From positions 821,589 through 885,588 of the forward strand of contig AP024675.1 of NCBI GenBank assembly GCA_025998875.1: 64,000 bases of DNA, given 5' to 3'. A program made the position numbers and the translations under genes. This document shows, piece after piece, positions 1 to 8,938 of the stretch (position 1 is its first letter; each line of letters begins with the position of its first letter). The notes below the pieces were generated by a model that was not told where the DNA came from, ran no database searches, and was given only the letters and a program-made list of their open reading frames with translations. This DNA is from Bacteroidota bacterium (GTDB lineage: Bacteria > Bacteroidota > Rhodothermia > JANXDC01).

Positions 1-1
1 C

Positions 2-292
2 GCCAATCCGGATCAGGAGCTGGCCCGCCGGCTCATCGAAGAAGCCCTGCACCGGGCCGGACGCATCGTCTGGAACGGCTTTCCCACCGGTGTGGAGGTC
101 GGATACAGCACCGTGCACGGGGGCCCGTTCCCAGCCACCACGGACAGCCGCTTCACTTCTGTGGGCGCCCGGGCCATCGAGCGCTTCCTGCGCCCCGTGG
201 CCCTGCAGAACGTGCCCACCGAACTTTTACCCGCCGCCCTGACGGAGCAGAGGGGTCCGCACCTTCTGGATGGGAAATGGCAGCCATGTTGA
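2..292 (+). CDS. Aldehyde dehydrogenase (NADP+), alpha-ketoglutaric semialdehyde dehydrogenase-like; 3' partial
   Basis: Frame 2 is open from the window edge. It reads [15 protein letters not shown]...[28 protein letters not shown], the typical C-terminus of KGSADH-type ALDHs. Confidence 0.85.
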   Translation, partial: ANPDQELARRLIEEALHRAGRIVWNGFPTGVEVGYSTVHGGPFPATTDSRFTSVGARAIERFLRPVALQNVPTELLPAALTEQRGPHLLDGKWQPC

Positions 293-294
293 AC

Positions 295-323
295 AAAAAA
301 GCCGCTCTTATCGGAGCGGCTTT
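295..323. terminator. Bidirectional intrinsic terminator between ALDH and tRNA-Arg
   Basis: AAAAAAGCCGCTC-TTATCG-GAGCGGCTTT hairpin with A/T tracts on both sides, between convergent genes. Confidence 0.8.
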
Positions 324-328
324 CCCCG

Positions 329-402
329 CGCGCCCGGGAGGACTCGAACCTCCAACCTTCTGATCCGTAGTCAGATGCTCTATCCAATTGAGCTACGGGC
401 GC
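329..402 (-). tRNA. tRNA-Arg(ACG), CCA not encoded
   Basis: Reverse complement GCGCCCGTAGCTCAATTGGATAGAGCATCTGACTACGGATCAGAAGGTTGGAGGTTCGAGTCCTCCCGGGCGCG folds into a cloverleaf with anticodon ACG and T-loop TTCGAGT. Confidence 0.97.
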
Positions 403-413
403 ACTGCGCGCCG

Positions 414-445
414 CAAAAATAGCCCCTCGCCTCAGCCCCTGTCAA
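414..445 (-). promoter_or_regulatory. Promoter of tRNA-Arg
   Basis: Minus strand TTGACA-18 bp-TATTTTTG, ending 11 nt before the tRNA 5' end. Confidence 0.65.
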
Positions 446-502
446 GCCGCCCCTAGCTCTTGACAGAACCAACCGCCGTGTGCCTTCTTCCCAACAACCG
501 GA

Positions 503-3136
503 GTGGAAGCAGACCAGCTTCCCCGGAAATCCGCCATGCTGGGCATCTACCTCTCGACCCTTGAAGGGCGCCTGCTTCAGGCCAGTCCGGAATTTGTGCG
601 CCTGCTCGGATACGAGCGCTTCGAGGAACTTGCCGAAATCCCGCTGGAAACCCTGTATGCGGACCCGCAGGAACGGGCCCATCTGATAGCGCAGCTGCGT
701 ATGCAGGGCCGGATCGAGGCCCGGCCCGTGGTCCTGCGTCTTCGAGATGGGAGCACACGGACGTTCTGGGTTTCGGCCCTTTTTGATCCGGAGCATGGCC
801 TTATCGCCGGAAGCCTGTTTGACAGTTCCCCATTTGCCCGACGATACGAGGCCCTGGTGCGCAGCATTCGGGGCATTGTCTGGGAGCTGGAGTTGCCCGA
901 ATGGCGCTGGACGTATGTGAGCCCCTACGTAGAAGAGGTTCTGGGCTACCGGCCCGAAGCATTTCTGGAGGATCCGAACTTCTGGGCATCCCACATTCAC
1001 CCCGAAGACCGTGAGGAAGCTGTCCGCTTCTGCCGCCGCATGACGGAGGCGGGTCAGGATCACGAATTCACCTACCGCATGATCGCCTCCGACGGCCGCA
1101 TCGTCTGGATACAGGACCGCGTGACGGTGGTGTGGGATCAAGATCGGATCGTGGGCCTGAGGGGCATTATGACGGATATAACCCTCCTGCAGGAAAGCGA
1201 GATGCGCTTCCGGGCTCTGGTCGAAAACTCCCCGGAGGCGATCGCCGTCCATCAGGATGGACAGTTGGTCTACGTGAACCCGGAAGGCCTTCGGGTTATG
1301 GGCGCCCGGAACCCGGAGGAGCTCCTCGGCCGTCCGGTGCTGGACTTCGTTCATCCCGACTACCGGGATCAGGTCATCGGTCGCATCCGGCAGATGCTCA
1401 CAACCGGGGTGCCCGCCCCACCGGCCGAAGAAATGTTGCTGCGGACCGATGGCTCTGCTTTCGAGGCGGAGATACGGGCTGTTCCCATCCTCTGGGGCGG
1501 CCGACCGGCCATACAGGTCATCGTCCGGGATATCTCGGAACGCAAACGGCTGGAGCGCGCGCTGGCTGAGCGGCAGGCGCTTCTGGAGCGCATCCTCGAG
1601 CAAGCTCCGGACCCCATCAGCATAGGCATACTGGAGCCCCGCCCCCAGCTGGTCTACGTCAACCCCGCCTTTGAGGCGCTTACGGGCTACTCGGCCGAAG
1701 AGCTGTGCCGGCCGCACTTCGATATACAACGGATCGTCGACCCCCTGTACCACCCCATCCTGGAGGAGCGCTTCCGCCGGGCGCAGCTGGGTCTGCCCGT
1801 GCCGAGTCGCTATGAACTGCGCCTGCGATCCCGGGAGGGCCGCTATTATGATGTGGAAGTTTCCGTGCGCCCGATTACGTGGGCAGGACAGAAGGCAACA
1901 CTGAACATACTGCGCGACATCACCGAACGCAAGGCGCTGGAAGAGGCCTGGGAGCGCGCCCGCCGAGAGGCCGAGGAGGCCTCGCGCATGAAGACGCACT
2001 TTCTGGCCGCGATGAGCCATGAAATCCGCACCCCCCTTACCGCGATCCTGGGCTTTGCCGAAATCCTGCACGAATCCCTGGACAGCCAGGAACAGAAAGA
2101 GCTACTCGAATTCGTCGAAAAAATCCAGGCCGGTGGCCATCGGCTCATGCGTCTGCTTTCTAACCTCATCGATTTGGCCGCTCTGGAGGCCAACCGGCTC
2201 CCCATAGAACCCCACCCGCTCAGACTCGATATCCTGCTTAAAGCGTTGATCGAGTTCTTCCTGCCCGAGGCCACCGCGCGGGGTCTGGCGCTGGAAGGGG
2301 ATTTTCCTCCGGAACCCGTCGTGGTGATAGCCGATGAACTGCGGCTCCGGCAGGCGCTGGAAAATTTTCTGCGCAACGCGATCAAGTACACCGATCAGGG
2401 GACAATCCGCCTGGGCCTGGAAGTACTCCCGGAGGCCAACCGGGCACGCGTGACGATCTCCGACACAGGTCGGGGCATGAGCCCGGAGTTTCTCCGGCAA
2501 TCTTTGTTCGAGCCTTTCCGGCAGGAATCCGAGGGAATAGCCCGCGCCTATGAGGGCGGGGGCCTGGAAATGGCCATCGCGCGTCGGCTTCTGGACCGCA
2601 TGGGGGGCGCTGTTGAGGTGCAATCCGCCCCTGGAGCAGGCACTACCGTTACCATCGAACTGCCCCTGCCCACACCCCCCTCTTCGCAGAGCGGCCCCAC
2701 CCCGATCGAAAAGTTGCGCGCCCTTGCGCCCCGATTGCTCATCGTTGAAGATATTCCCGAAAACGCCGAGCTGCTGCGAGCCTACCTGCGCGGAGTGGCC
2801 CGGGTCAGCGTGGCTCCCGATGCGCAGACCGCCCTCCATATGGCCACCGAAGCGGCTCGGCATAACGATCCCTTTTCCGCCTTCCTCATCGACCTGCACC
2901 TGCCGGGAGGCAAAAGCGGCATTGAACTGCTCGCAGAACTCCGCCAGCTCCACCCCTATACCCACCGGCCTATGATCGCCCAGACCGCCTACGCAGACCG
3001 AAAGGAAGATGAGGCATATCTTTTGCAGCAGGGTTTCGATGCGGTGTTGAGCAAACCGATTCGGCGCCCGGATCTGATCGAGGTGTTGGTGCAGTTGCTC
3101 TCTGGCCCTGCATCGGAAGGAAAAGCCCGAACATGA
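503..3136 (+). CDS. Multi-PAS hybrid sensor histidine kinase/response regulator
   Basis: Four PAS/PAC repeats, H-box AMSHEIRTPL, N-box NAIKYT, G1 DTGRGM and a C-terminal receiver (LIVED...FLIDLHLP...LSKP). Start uncertain (GTG 503 or ATG 536). Confidence 0.92.
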   Translation: MEADQLPRKSAMLGIYLSTLEGRLLQASPEFVRLLGYERFEELAEIPLETLYADPQERAHLIAQLRMQGRIEARPVVLRLRDGSTRTFWVSALFDPEHGLIAGSLFDSSPFARRYEALVRSIRGIVWELELPEWRWTYVSPYVEEVLGYRPEAFLEDPNFWASHIHPEDREEAVRFCRRMTEAGQDHEFTYRMIASDGRIVWIQDRVTVVWDQDRIVGLRGIMTDITLLQESEMRFRALVENSPEAIAVHQDGQLVYVNPEGLRVMGARNPEELLGRPVLDFVHPDYRDQVIGRIRQMLTTGVPAPPAEEMLLRTDGSAFEAEIRAVPILWGGRPAIQVIVRDISERKRLERALAERQALLERILEQAPDPISIGILEPRPQLVYVNPAFEALTGYSAEELCRPHFDIQRIVDPLYHPILEERFRRAQLGLPVPSRYELRLRSREGRYYDVEVSVRPITWAGQKATLNILRDITERKALEEAWERARREAEEASRMKTHFLAAMSHEIRTPLTAILGFAEILHESLDSQEQKELLEFVEKIQAGGHRLMRLLSNLIDLAALEANRLPIEPHPLRLDILLKALIEFFLPEATARGLALEGDFPPEPVVVIADELRLRQALENFLRNAIKYTDQGTIRLGLEVLPEANRARVTISDTGRGMSPEFLRQSLFEPFRQESEGIARAYEGGGLEMAIARRLLDRMGGAVEVQSAPGAGTTVTIELPLPTPPSSQSGPTPIEKLRALAPRLLIVEDIPENAELLRAYLRGVARVSVAPDAQTALHMATEAARHNDPFSAFLIDLHLPGGKSGIELLAELRQLHPYTHRPMIAQTAYADRKEDEAYLLQQGFDAVLSKPIRRPDLIEVLVQLLSGPASEGKART

Positions 3137-6100
3137 GGAAGAAGAGGGAGGCGGACTTTTTCTCCCATCTCTTTGAGGCCATTCCCGAGCCCACGATTGT
3201 GGCCGAGGCGCATACCGGACGCCTCGTCGCGCTCAACACGGCGGCCGAGCGACTCCTCCGGCGACCCCGCCAGAGCCTGATCGGCCAGCCGCAGAGCGTT
3301 CTGCATCCTCCCGAGCTGAAAGAAGAAATCCGGGAAAGCTTTTCCCTGTCCGCATCCCGCAGGAGCGACACCGCCCACGGGGTGTTTGTACAGGATGGAG
3401 AGGGCCAGTGGATCCCGGTGCACATTCAGAGCCAGACGTTCTCGTTTCAGGGGAAGACCTATATCATCGGCCTGTTTCGGGATCTGCGGGGAAGCCCGGA
3501 AGAGGAAGTTGCGCTCTACCGGGAGATGCTGGAGGCGAGCCTGTCGGCCACGTATCTGATGCAGGATTTCCGATTCGTCTACGCCAACCCCCGGCTGGCC
3601 ACCCTGGTGGGCCGGACGCTTCCGGAGCTGCTGGCCATCTCCCCGCTGGAACTCATCTACGAACCCGACCGGGAGCAGGTGGTTTCGAACCTGGAGGCGC
3701 TGCTTCGCGGAGAAAAAAACCAGCTTGAACACCTCTACCGGCTCCGGCACCGGGATGGAACCCTCGTCCATGTGGCCTGCACAAGCCGGCTTATTGTCTA
3801 TCAGGGCAGACCAGCCGTTCTGGGCACGGCCGTGGAAATATCCGGCCTGATCCAGGCCCAAGAAGCCTATCAGCACAGCGAGGCTCGATACCAGCGCTTG
3901 TTTGAGGAAAGCCCGGTGGCGCTGTATCGCAGCACCCCGGAAGGTCGGTTCTTGGCCGTAAACCGGGCTTTTGCCCGGCTGTTCGGGTACGCTACGCCCG
4001 AAGAGGTGACGGGGATCAACGCCGAGGCCCTGTATCTGAAGCCGCAAGAGCGCAGACGCTTTCTGGAGGCACTTACCCGCGAGGGCATCTTGCGCAACCA
4101 TGTGGCCGCCTACCGGCACCGGAGCGGGCGTATCCTGCACACGATCGAAAACGCCATCCTGGTCACTGAGCCCGATGGTACGCAGGTGATTGAGGGGGCG
4201 ATTGTTGATCTGAGTAACGAGTTCGAGCTCAAGCGCCGCTTCGAAAGCCTGCACGCGCATACCCAGGACGCCATCTTCTGGATTCGCGTCTTGCCGGATG
4301 GTCGCTTCATGGTCGAGTCCACCAATCCGGCACACCAGCAAAAGACCGGGCTCACCCCGGAGATGCTCTGGAACCGACCCCTCGAGGAGGTACTGCCACC
4401 GGAAATCGTCGAGCACGTAAGTCGGAATTACCGATCCTGTCTACAGGCGGGCGGACCGATCGAATACGAGGAGGTACTCAGCCTCCCCGCCGGCCAGCGC
4501 ACCTGGTTGACCCAGCTTGTGCCCCTGCCGGATGCGGAGGGAAAAGTGGACCTGATTGCGGGCATTGCACGGGATATCACCCAGATTCGCATCCAAGAAC
4601 GGCTCCAGCAACGGGAAAATGCCTTTTTTGAAGGTCTGATCCGGGAAGAAAAGCCCCTCTCCGCCCTGCTCGAAGGGCTCTGTCTGGCCATTGAAGAGGC
4701 TATCCCGGGTAGTCGGGCCTCGATCCTGCTTCTGGAGGGGGATCGGCTTCGCCATGGGGCGGCGCCCCATCTTCCGGAAGCCTACAATGCCTTGATAGAT
4801 GGCCTTCCCATCGGGCCCCGGGTGGGATCATGTGGAACGGCCGCCTACACGGGCCAGCCCGTATGGGTGGCCGATACAGCGCAAGATCCTCGCTGGGAGG
4901 CGTATCGAGATCTCGCCCGGCAATACCATCTGCGCGCCTGCTGGTCGGTGCCCTTTAAGAATGCTTCGGGTCGGGTGCTCGGCACCTTCGCCGTATACTT
5001 TGATCACATTCGGGGCCCTCAGCCGAGGGAAAAAGAGGTGCTCAAACGCCTGGCCTATCTGGCCGGGCTGGCCCTCGAATATCATACCATCCAGCGGGAT
5101 CGGGAACGCCTGGCGCGCGCCCTCCAGCAGGTCACGCAGGGCGTCGTCATCACGGATGTTCAGCGGAAAATTATATGGGTAAATGAGGCTTGGGAACGCA
5201 CAACGGGATACACCCTGGTCGAAGCGCAGGGCAAAAAGCCCGGCGCGCTCCTTCAGGGACGGGATACGAATCCGGACACCATCGAGCGCCTGCGGGCTGC
5301 TCTCAACGCCCTGGAGCCAGTGGATGTGCGGATCTACAATTACCGCAAGGACAAGACGGGCTACTGGGCGCATGTACATATCGATCCGCTTTACGACGCT
5401 TCCGGTCGGCATGTGGGCTATATCGGCCTGCATGAAGACGTCACCGCTCTGGTCGAGGCCGAACGGGCTCTGGAGCGGGCCAGGGATGCGGCCGAGGAGG
5501 CGAACCGGCTCAAATCCACCTTTCTGGCCAACATGAGCCATGAGATCCGCACCCCGCTCAACGGCATCCTGGGGTTTGCCGATCTGCTGGCCGATGAGCT
5601 CGCCGAGCGGGGTCTGCAGGAACTGATGGATCATGTAGAGACAATCCGCAGCTCCGGAGAGCGGCTCCTGCGCCTGCTCAACGACCTGCTGGATCTATCC
5701 CGCATCGAGGCGGGGCGAATCGAACTGCGCATGCAACGGGTCTGGCTCGGAGAGTTGGCCCAGCAGGTAGTGCGCCTGTTGTCTCCCATGGCCCAGAAAA
5801 AAGGACTCAAACTCGAGCTGCATGCGACCGAGCACTTCCCCGTGGAGGCAGATCCGGACCGCCTCCATCAGGTGCTGGTCAATCTGCTCTCGAATGCGAT
5901 CAAGTTCACCGATGCGGGCTCGGTCACGGTTGAGGTGGGAACACGCCGGCAAGAGGGCCGATTGTGGACCTGCGTGCGGGTGGTGGATACGGGAAGGGGC
6001 ATCGCTCCGGAATTTCTCCCCCATCTTTTCGAGCCCTTCCGTCAGGAATCGAGCGGATACCGCCGCACGCACGAAGGAGCCGGTCTGGGTCTGGCCATCA

Positions 6101-6675
6101 CGAAACGGCTGGTTGAGCTCATGCAGGGCCGGATTTGTGTGCAGTCCGAGAAGGGGCGTGGAAGCACCTTCGAAGTCCTCTTTCCCGCGCTGGAGGTGGA
6201 GGGATTGGGATCAGCTGTGAGCTCGAAGCGGGCCCATCCCCGCCATATACTCTACCTCCGGAGCCTCCGTCCCCGGGTGCTGCTCATTGAAGATCATCCG
6301 GAGAGCGCCTCCTGGTTGCAGATAACGCTCAAGCCCATAGCTGAGGAGGTGGCCGTGGCCCCGGATGGCTCCGACGCCCTGCGGCTTATCACCGAGAGCG
6401 AAAAGCCCTTTGATGTCATCCTGCTGGACGTGCATCTGCCCCCGCCCTGGGATGGCTTTGGCCTGTTGGAGGAGATCCGATCCCGATATCCGGCATACAG
6501 GGAGGTGCCCGTTGTGGTCGAAAGCGCCTACGTGGATGGGGAGGTTCGTCGGCGCGCCGAGGAGCTGGGTGTAGCGGGTTTTTTGAGCAAGCCGCTGGAG
6601 AAGTATCAGCTTATGCAGGTCCTGGCGGAGGCGCTGGGCTTTCGGGAGCACGACCCGGATTTGTCTCGAGCTTAA
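3133..6675 (+). CDS. Multi-PAS/GAF hybrid sensor histidine kinase/response regulator
   Basis: Several PAS domains, GAF (GSCGTAAYTG), H-box NMSHEIRTPL, NAIKFT, DTGRGI, GAGLGLAI, receiver LLIED...LLDVHLP...LSKP. ATGA overlap with the upstream kinase. Confidence 0.93.
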   Translation: MRKKREADFFSHLFEAIPEPTIVAEAHTGRLVALNTAAERLLRRPRQSLIGQPQSVLHPPELKEEIRESFSLSASRRSDTAHGVFVQDGEGQWIPVHIQSQTFSFQGKTYIIGLFRDLRGSPEEEVALYREMLEASLSATYLMQDFRFVYANPRLATLVGRTLPELLAISPLELIYEPDREQVVSNLEALLRGEKNQLEHLYRLRHRDGTLVHVACTSRLIVYQGRPAVLGTAVEISGLIQAQEAYQHSEARYQRLFEESPVALYRSTPEGRFLAVNRAFARLFGYATPEEVTGINAEALYLKPQERRRFLEALTREGILRNHVAAYRHRSGRILHTIENAILVTEPDGTQVIEGAIVDLSNEFELKRRFESLHAHTQDAIFWIRVLPDGRFMVESTNPAHQQKTGLTPEMLWNRPLEEVLPPEIVEHVSRNYRSCLQAGGPIEYEEVLSLPAGQRTWLTQLVPLPDAEGKVDLIAGIARDITQIRIQERLQQRENAFFEGLIREEKPLSALLEGLCLAIEEAIPGSRASILLLEGDRLRHGAAPHLPEAYNALIDGLPIGPRVGSCGTAAYTGQPVWVADTAQDPRWEAYRDLARQYHLRACWSVPFKNASGRVLGTFAVYFDHIRGPQPREKEVLKRLAYLAGLALEYHTIQRDRERLARALQQVTQGVVITDVQRKIIWVNEAWERTTGYTLVEAQGKKPGALLQGRDTNPDTIERLRAALNALEPVDVRIYNYRKDKTGYWAHVHIDPLYDASGRHVGYIGLHEDVTALVEAERALERARDAAEEANRLKSTFLANMSHEIRTPLNGILGFADLLADELAERGLQELMDHVETIRSSGERLLRLLNDLLDLSRIEAGRIELRMQRVWLGELAQQVVRLLSPMAQKKGLKLELHATEHFPVEADPDRLHQVLVNLLSNAIKFTDAGSVTVEVGTRRQEGRLWTCVRVVDTGRGIAPEFLPHLFEPFRQESSGYRRTHEGAGLGLAITKRLVELMQGRICVQSEKGRGSTFEVLFPALEVEGLGSAVSSKRAHPRHILYLRSLRPRVLLIEDHPESASWLQITLKPIAEEVAVAPDGSDALRLITESEKPFDVILLDVHLPPPWDGFGLLEEIRSRYPAYREVPVVVESAYVDGEVRRRAEELGVAGFLSKPLEKYQLMQVLAEALGFREHDPDLSRA

Positions 6676-8273
6676 TAGGCCAGCTCCCAGATCACTCCCC
6701 AGCGCAATTGTCGAGACTCCAGGGGCCGATAGGCGGTTGGAATCGGGGGCGCACCCGGGAGGAGTCCCTCTATAACGTTGTCGAGCGCCACAAAGGGCCA
6801 GGCCCGTTTATATCGGGCAAAGAGCCGCGCGTTTGCCCACAGACCGGGCGGCGTGCGGGGGCCAGAGGAGAGGGTGCGCGTCAGCGTGGAAAGGGGAAGC
6901 GATATGCGCACCCCCGGGCTTTGAAACAGCAGTACGCCCTCCAGGCGGAAACCCCATTCCCCTCGGGTGAAATCCCGCCCGACCCGGAGGTGTGCCTGTA
7001 GCAGGGGCAACTCCCGAGGTGCCCCGATGCGGTCTTCCAGTAAGGCCTGTAACCTCAAGGTCCATGGCCCCAAACAGGCGCTGACATCCAGCTCGAAGCC
7101 CGCCTCCAGCCAGCGACTCTGGCCCGTGTAGCTCAGGAAAGGTGCCAGCTGGAGGCCGGATGTCCTGTAGCGCACCCCGGCATGCAGGATCAGGGCACCG
7201 CGATGGCGGTTCCGGGCGAAACGCTCCCACCACGAAGGCCCTATCCATCCGGCCAGCGCCTGCAGAGAAAGCCCGTCCCGATAAACGCCCAGACCGGCCA
7301 CAGATACTCCCCCTACACCCGGCTCCCATTGCAGGCGCACGCCGCCCCACAGTCCTTTCCGCAGCGTATCGAGCGCCATAAGCTCCAATGCGGGCGCCTG
7401 CCGGAGTCCGCTCCAGGCCGGATCCCGGGCGCGCTGCAGGCGGACCGTCCCCTCAAGCTCACCGTGCTTGCGGAGGAAACGAGCCCGCAGGGCCCAGCTC
7501 GAGACCCGTCGTTCGGAAAGCGTATCGAAGCCGTAGGCATAGCGTTGGTGCGCGAGGGAAAAGAAGGTTCCCGCTCGGCGGCCCTGGATCTGCCAGGCCT
7601 GCCATCGGAGATGCCACAGCCTGCCCTCCGGCGCCACCCATACGGGGTCGCGCATGAACTCCTCCCAGCGCGGGGGATACTCCAGGAGCAGGCCTTCGTT
7701 GGAGCGTCCCAGCCGGGAATCGGACAGATAGCGCAACTCCCAGCGCCAATCCCCCGCTTCGGCAGCGAGGGCGCCCTCGAGCGTGCGCGATCGAGCCGTT
7801 TGCCCGGGCCACCGACTTGGCTCGCTGCCGAGCCCGTAGCGAAAAAAAATCCGAGAGGGGCCGTATAACCGCTGCTCGTGAACGGCCTGCAGCGCTTCTC
7901 CTCCGCCCAAGCGCTGCTGATAAAGCAGCGTGGTCAACGGTTCCGGCACGGGAGCTCGATCCCCCCATTGATACCCGAAAACAGGGTGCGCCCTGAGCAG
8001 GGGAGCATCCGGGGGAATCAGTTCGGGAAGGGGCTCGCGGGTGAGGGGATCCTCCAGGGAGAAGGAGCGATACCGCAGCGGACGCAGGCCCGGGGGCAGG
8101 CCCTGATCATAGAAAAGCCGCCACCCCGGAGCGAGGGGACGAACCATGAAGGGGCGCACGTAGGCCAGCGCTCCCCGGTCCGCATACGGATCGAGTCCGA
8201 AGCGCTCCCTTCCGTTTAGGGAATCCCCGCCCTGCACAGAGAGCAGCAGGCCAATGAGCAACGCGCCGATCAC
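6672..8273 (-). CDS. Hypothetical outer-membrane beta-barrel protein (putative porin)
   Basis: N-terminal signal peptide, many amphipathic aromatic-rich strands, C-terminal strand QLRWGVIWELAY. GTGA overlap with the dNK gene. Confidence 0.6.
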   Translation of the reverse strand: MIGALLIGLLLSVQGGDSLNGRERFGLDPYADRGALAYVRPFMVRPLAPGWRLFYDQGLPPGLRPLRYRSFSLEDPLTREPLPELIPPDAPLLRAHPVFGYQWGDRAPVPEPLTTLLYQQRLGGGEALQAVHEQRLYGPSRIFFRYGLGSEPSRWPGQTARSRTLEGALAAEAGDWRWELRYLSDSRLGRSNEGLLLEYPPRWEEFMRDPVWVAPEGRLWHLRWQAWQIQGRRAGTFFSLAHQRYAYGFDTLSERRVSSWALRARFLRKHGELEGTVRLQRARDPAWSGLRQAPALELMALDTLRKGLWGGVRLQWEPGVGGVSVAGLGVYRDGLSLQALAGWIGPSWWERFARNRHRGALILHAGVRYRTSGLQLAPFLSYTGQSRWLEAGFELDVSACLGPWTLRLQALLEDRIGAPRELPLLQAHLRVGRDFTRGEWGFRLEGVLLFQSPGVRISLPLSTLTRTLSSGPRTPPGLWANARLFARYKRAWPFVALDNVIEGLLPGAPPIPTAYRPLESRQLRWGVIWELAY

Positions 8274-8938
8274 GTCCGCCTCGGGATCTGCACGAGGGGA
8301 AAAAGCCCAAAGAGGTGGCGTTCGATGGTCCCCAGGATCTGCTGACGATGCTCGGGGTTGTGCACGAAATCGAGCTCATCCGTATCGAGGATGAGCCTCG
8401 GCCCCAGATCGTAGCGCGCGATCCATTCCTCATAGAGCCGATTGAGTCGGTCCAGGTACTCGATGCTGATGTTTGCCTCATATGGTCGGCCACGGCGCCG
8501 GATCTGGTCCACGAGCGTGCCCACCGAAGCGCGCAGGTAGATGAGCAAATCGGGCGGCCGCAGAAAGCGGATCATGAGCTGGTACAACTCCCTGTAGCTT
8601 CGGTAATCCCGCTCGCTCATAAGCCCCATTTCGAACAGGTTGCGGGCGAAGATCTCCGCATCTTCGTAGATCGTGCGATCCATCACGACCGCCTCGGGGC
8701 CCTGGGTGACCTGGTGGTGGTGCTGAAAGCGGTTGGAGAGGAAAAAGATCTGCAGGTGAAACGACCACCGACGCATGTCGGCATAGAAGTCCGGCAGATA
8801 GGGGTTATTGTCCACCACCTCGAAGAAGGCCTTCCAGCCAAAGTGTCGGCTCAGGATCTCGGTAAGAGAGGATTTGCCGGCCCCGATATTGCCGGCGATA
8901 CCGATGAACAGGCCGGTTCGTTTTCTACGAGCGGGCAT
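8270..8938 (-). CDS. Deoxynucleoside kinase (dAK/dCK/dGK family)
   Basis: P-loop GNIGAGKSS, DRTIYED, PDLLIYL and lid RRRGRPYE. Confidence 0.92.
   Translation of the reverse strand: MPARRKRTGLFIGIAGNIGAGKSSLTEILSRHFGWKAFFEVVDNNPYLPDFYADMRRWSFHLQIFFLSNRFQHHHQVTQGPEAVVMDRTIYEDAEIFARNLFEMGLMSERDYRSYRELYQLMIRFLRPPDLLIYLRASVGTLVDQIRRRGRPYEANISIEYLDRLNRLYEEWIARYDLGPRLILDTDELDFVHNPEHRQQILGTIERHLFGLFPLVQIPRRT

Noticed and set aside
13..387. 124-aa minus-strand ORF beginning MDRASDYGSEG
   Set aside because: It is the translation of the tRNA-Arg gene and the antisense of the ALDH.
380..5634. Long antisense ORFs (380-2071, 2989-4416, 4828-5634) opposite the kinases
   Set aside because: Shadow ORFs typical of high-GC coding DNA; no motifs, and the opposite strand has clear kinase domains.
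329..6675. Possible genomic island integrated at tRNA-Arg
   Set aside because: The kinases lie on the tRNA 5' side; no integrase, no duplicated tRNA 3' end and no evident composition shift.
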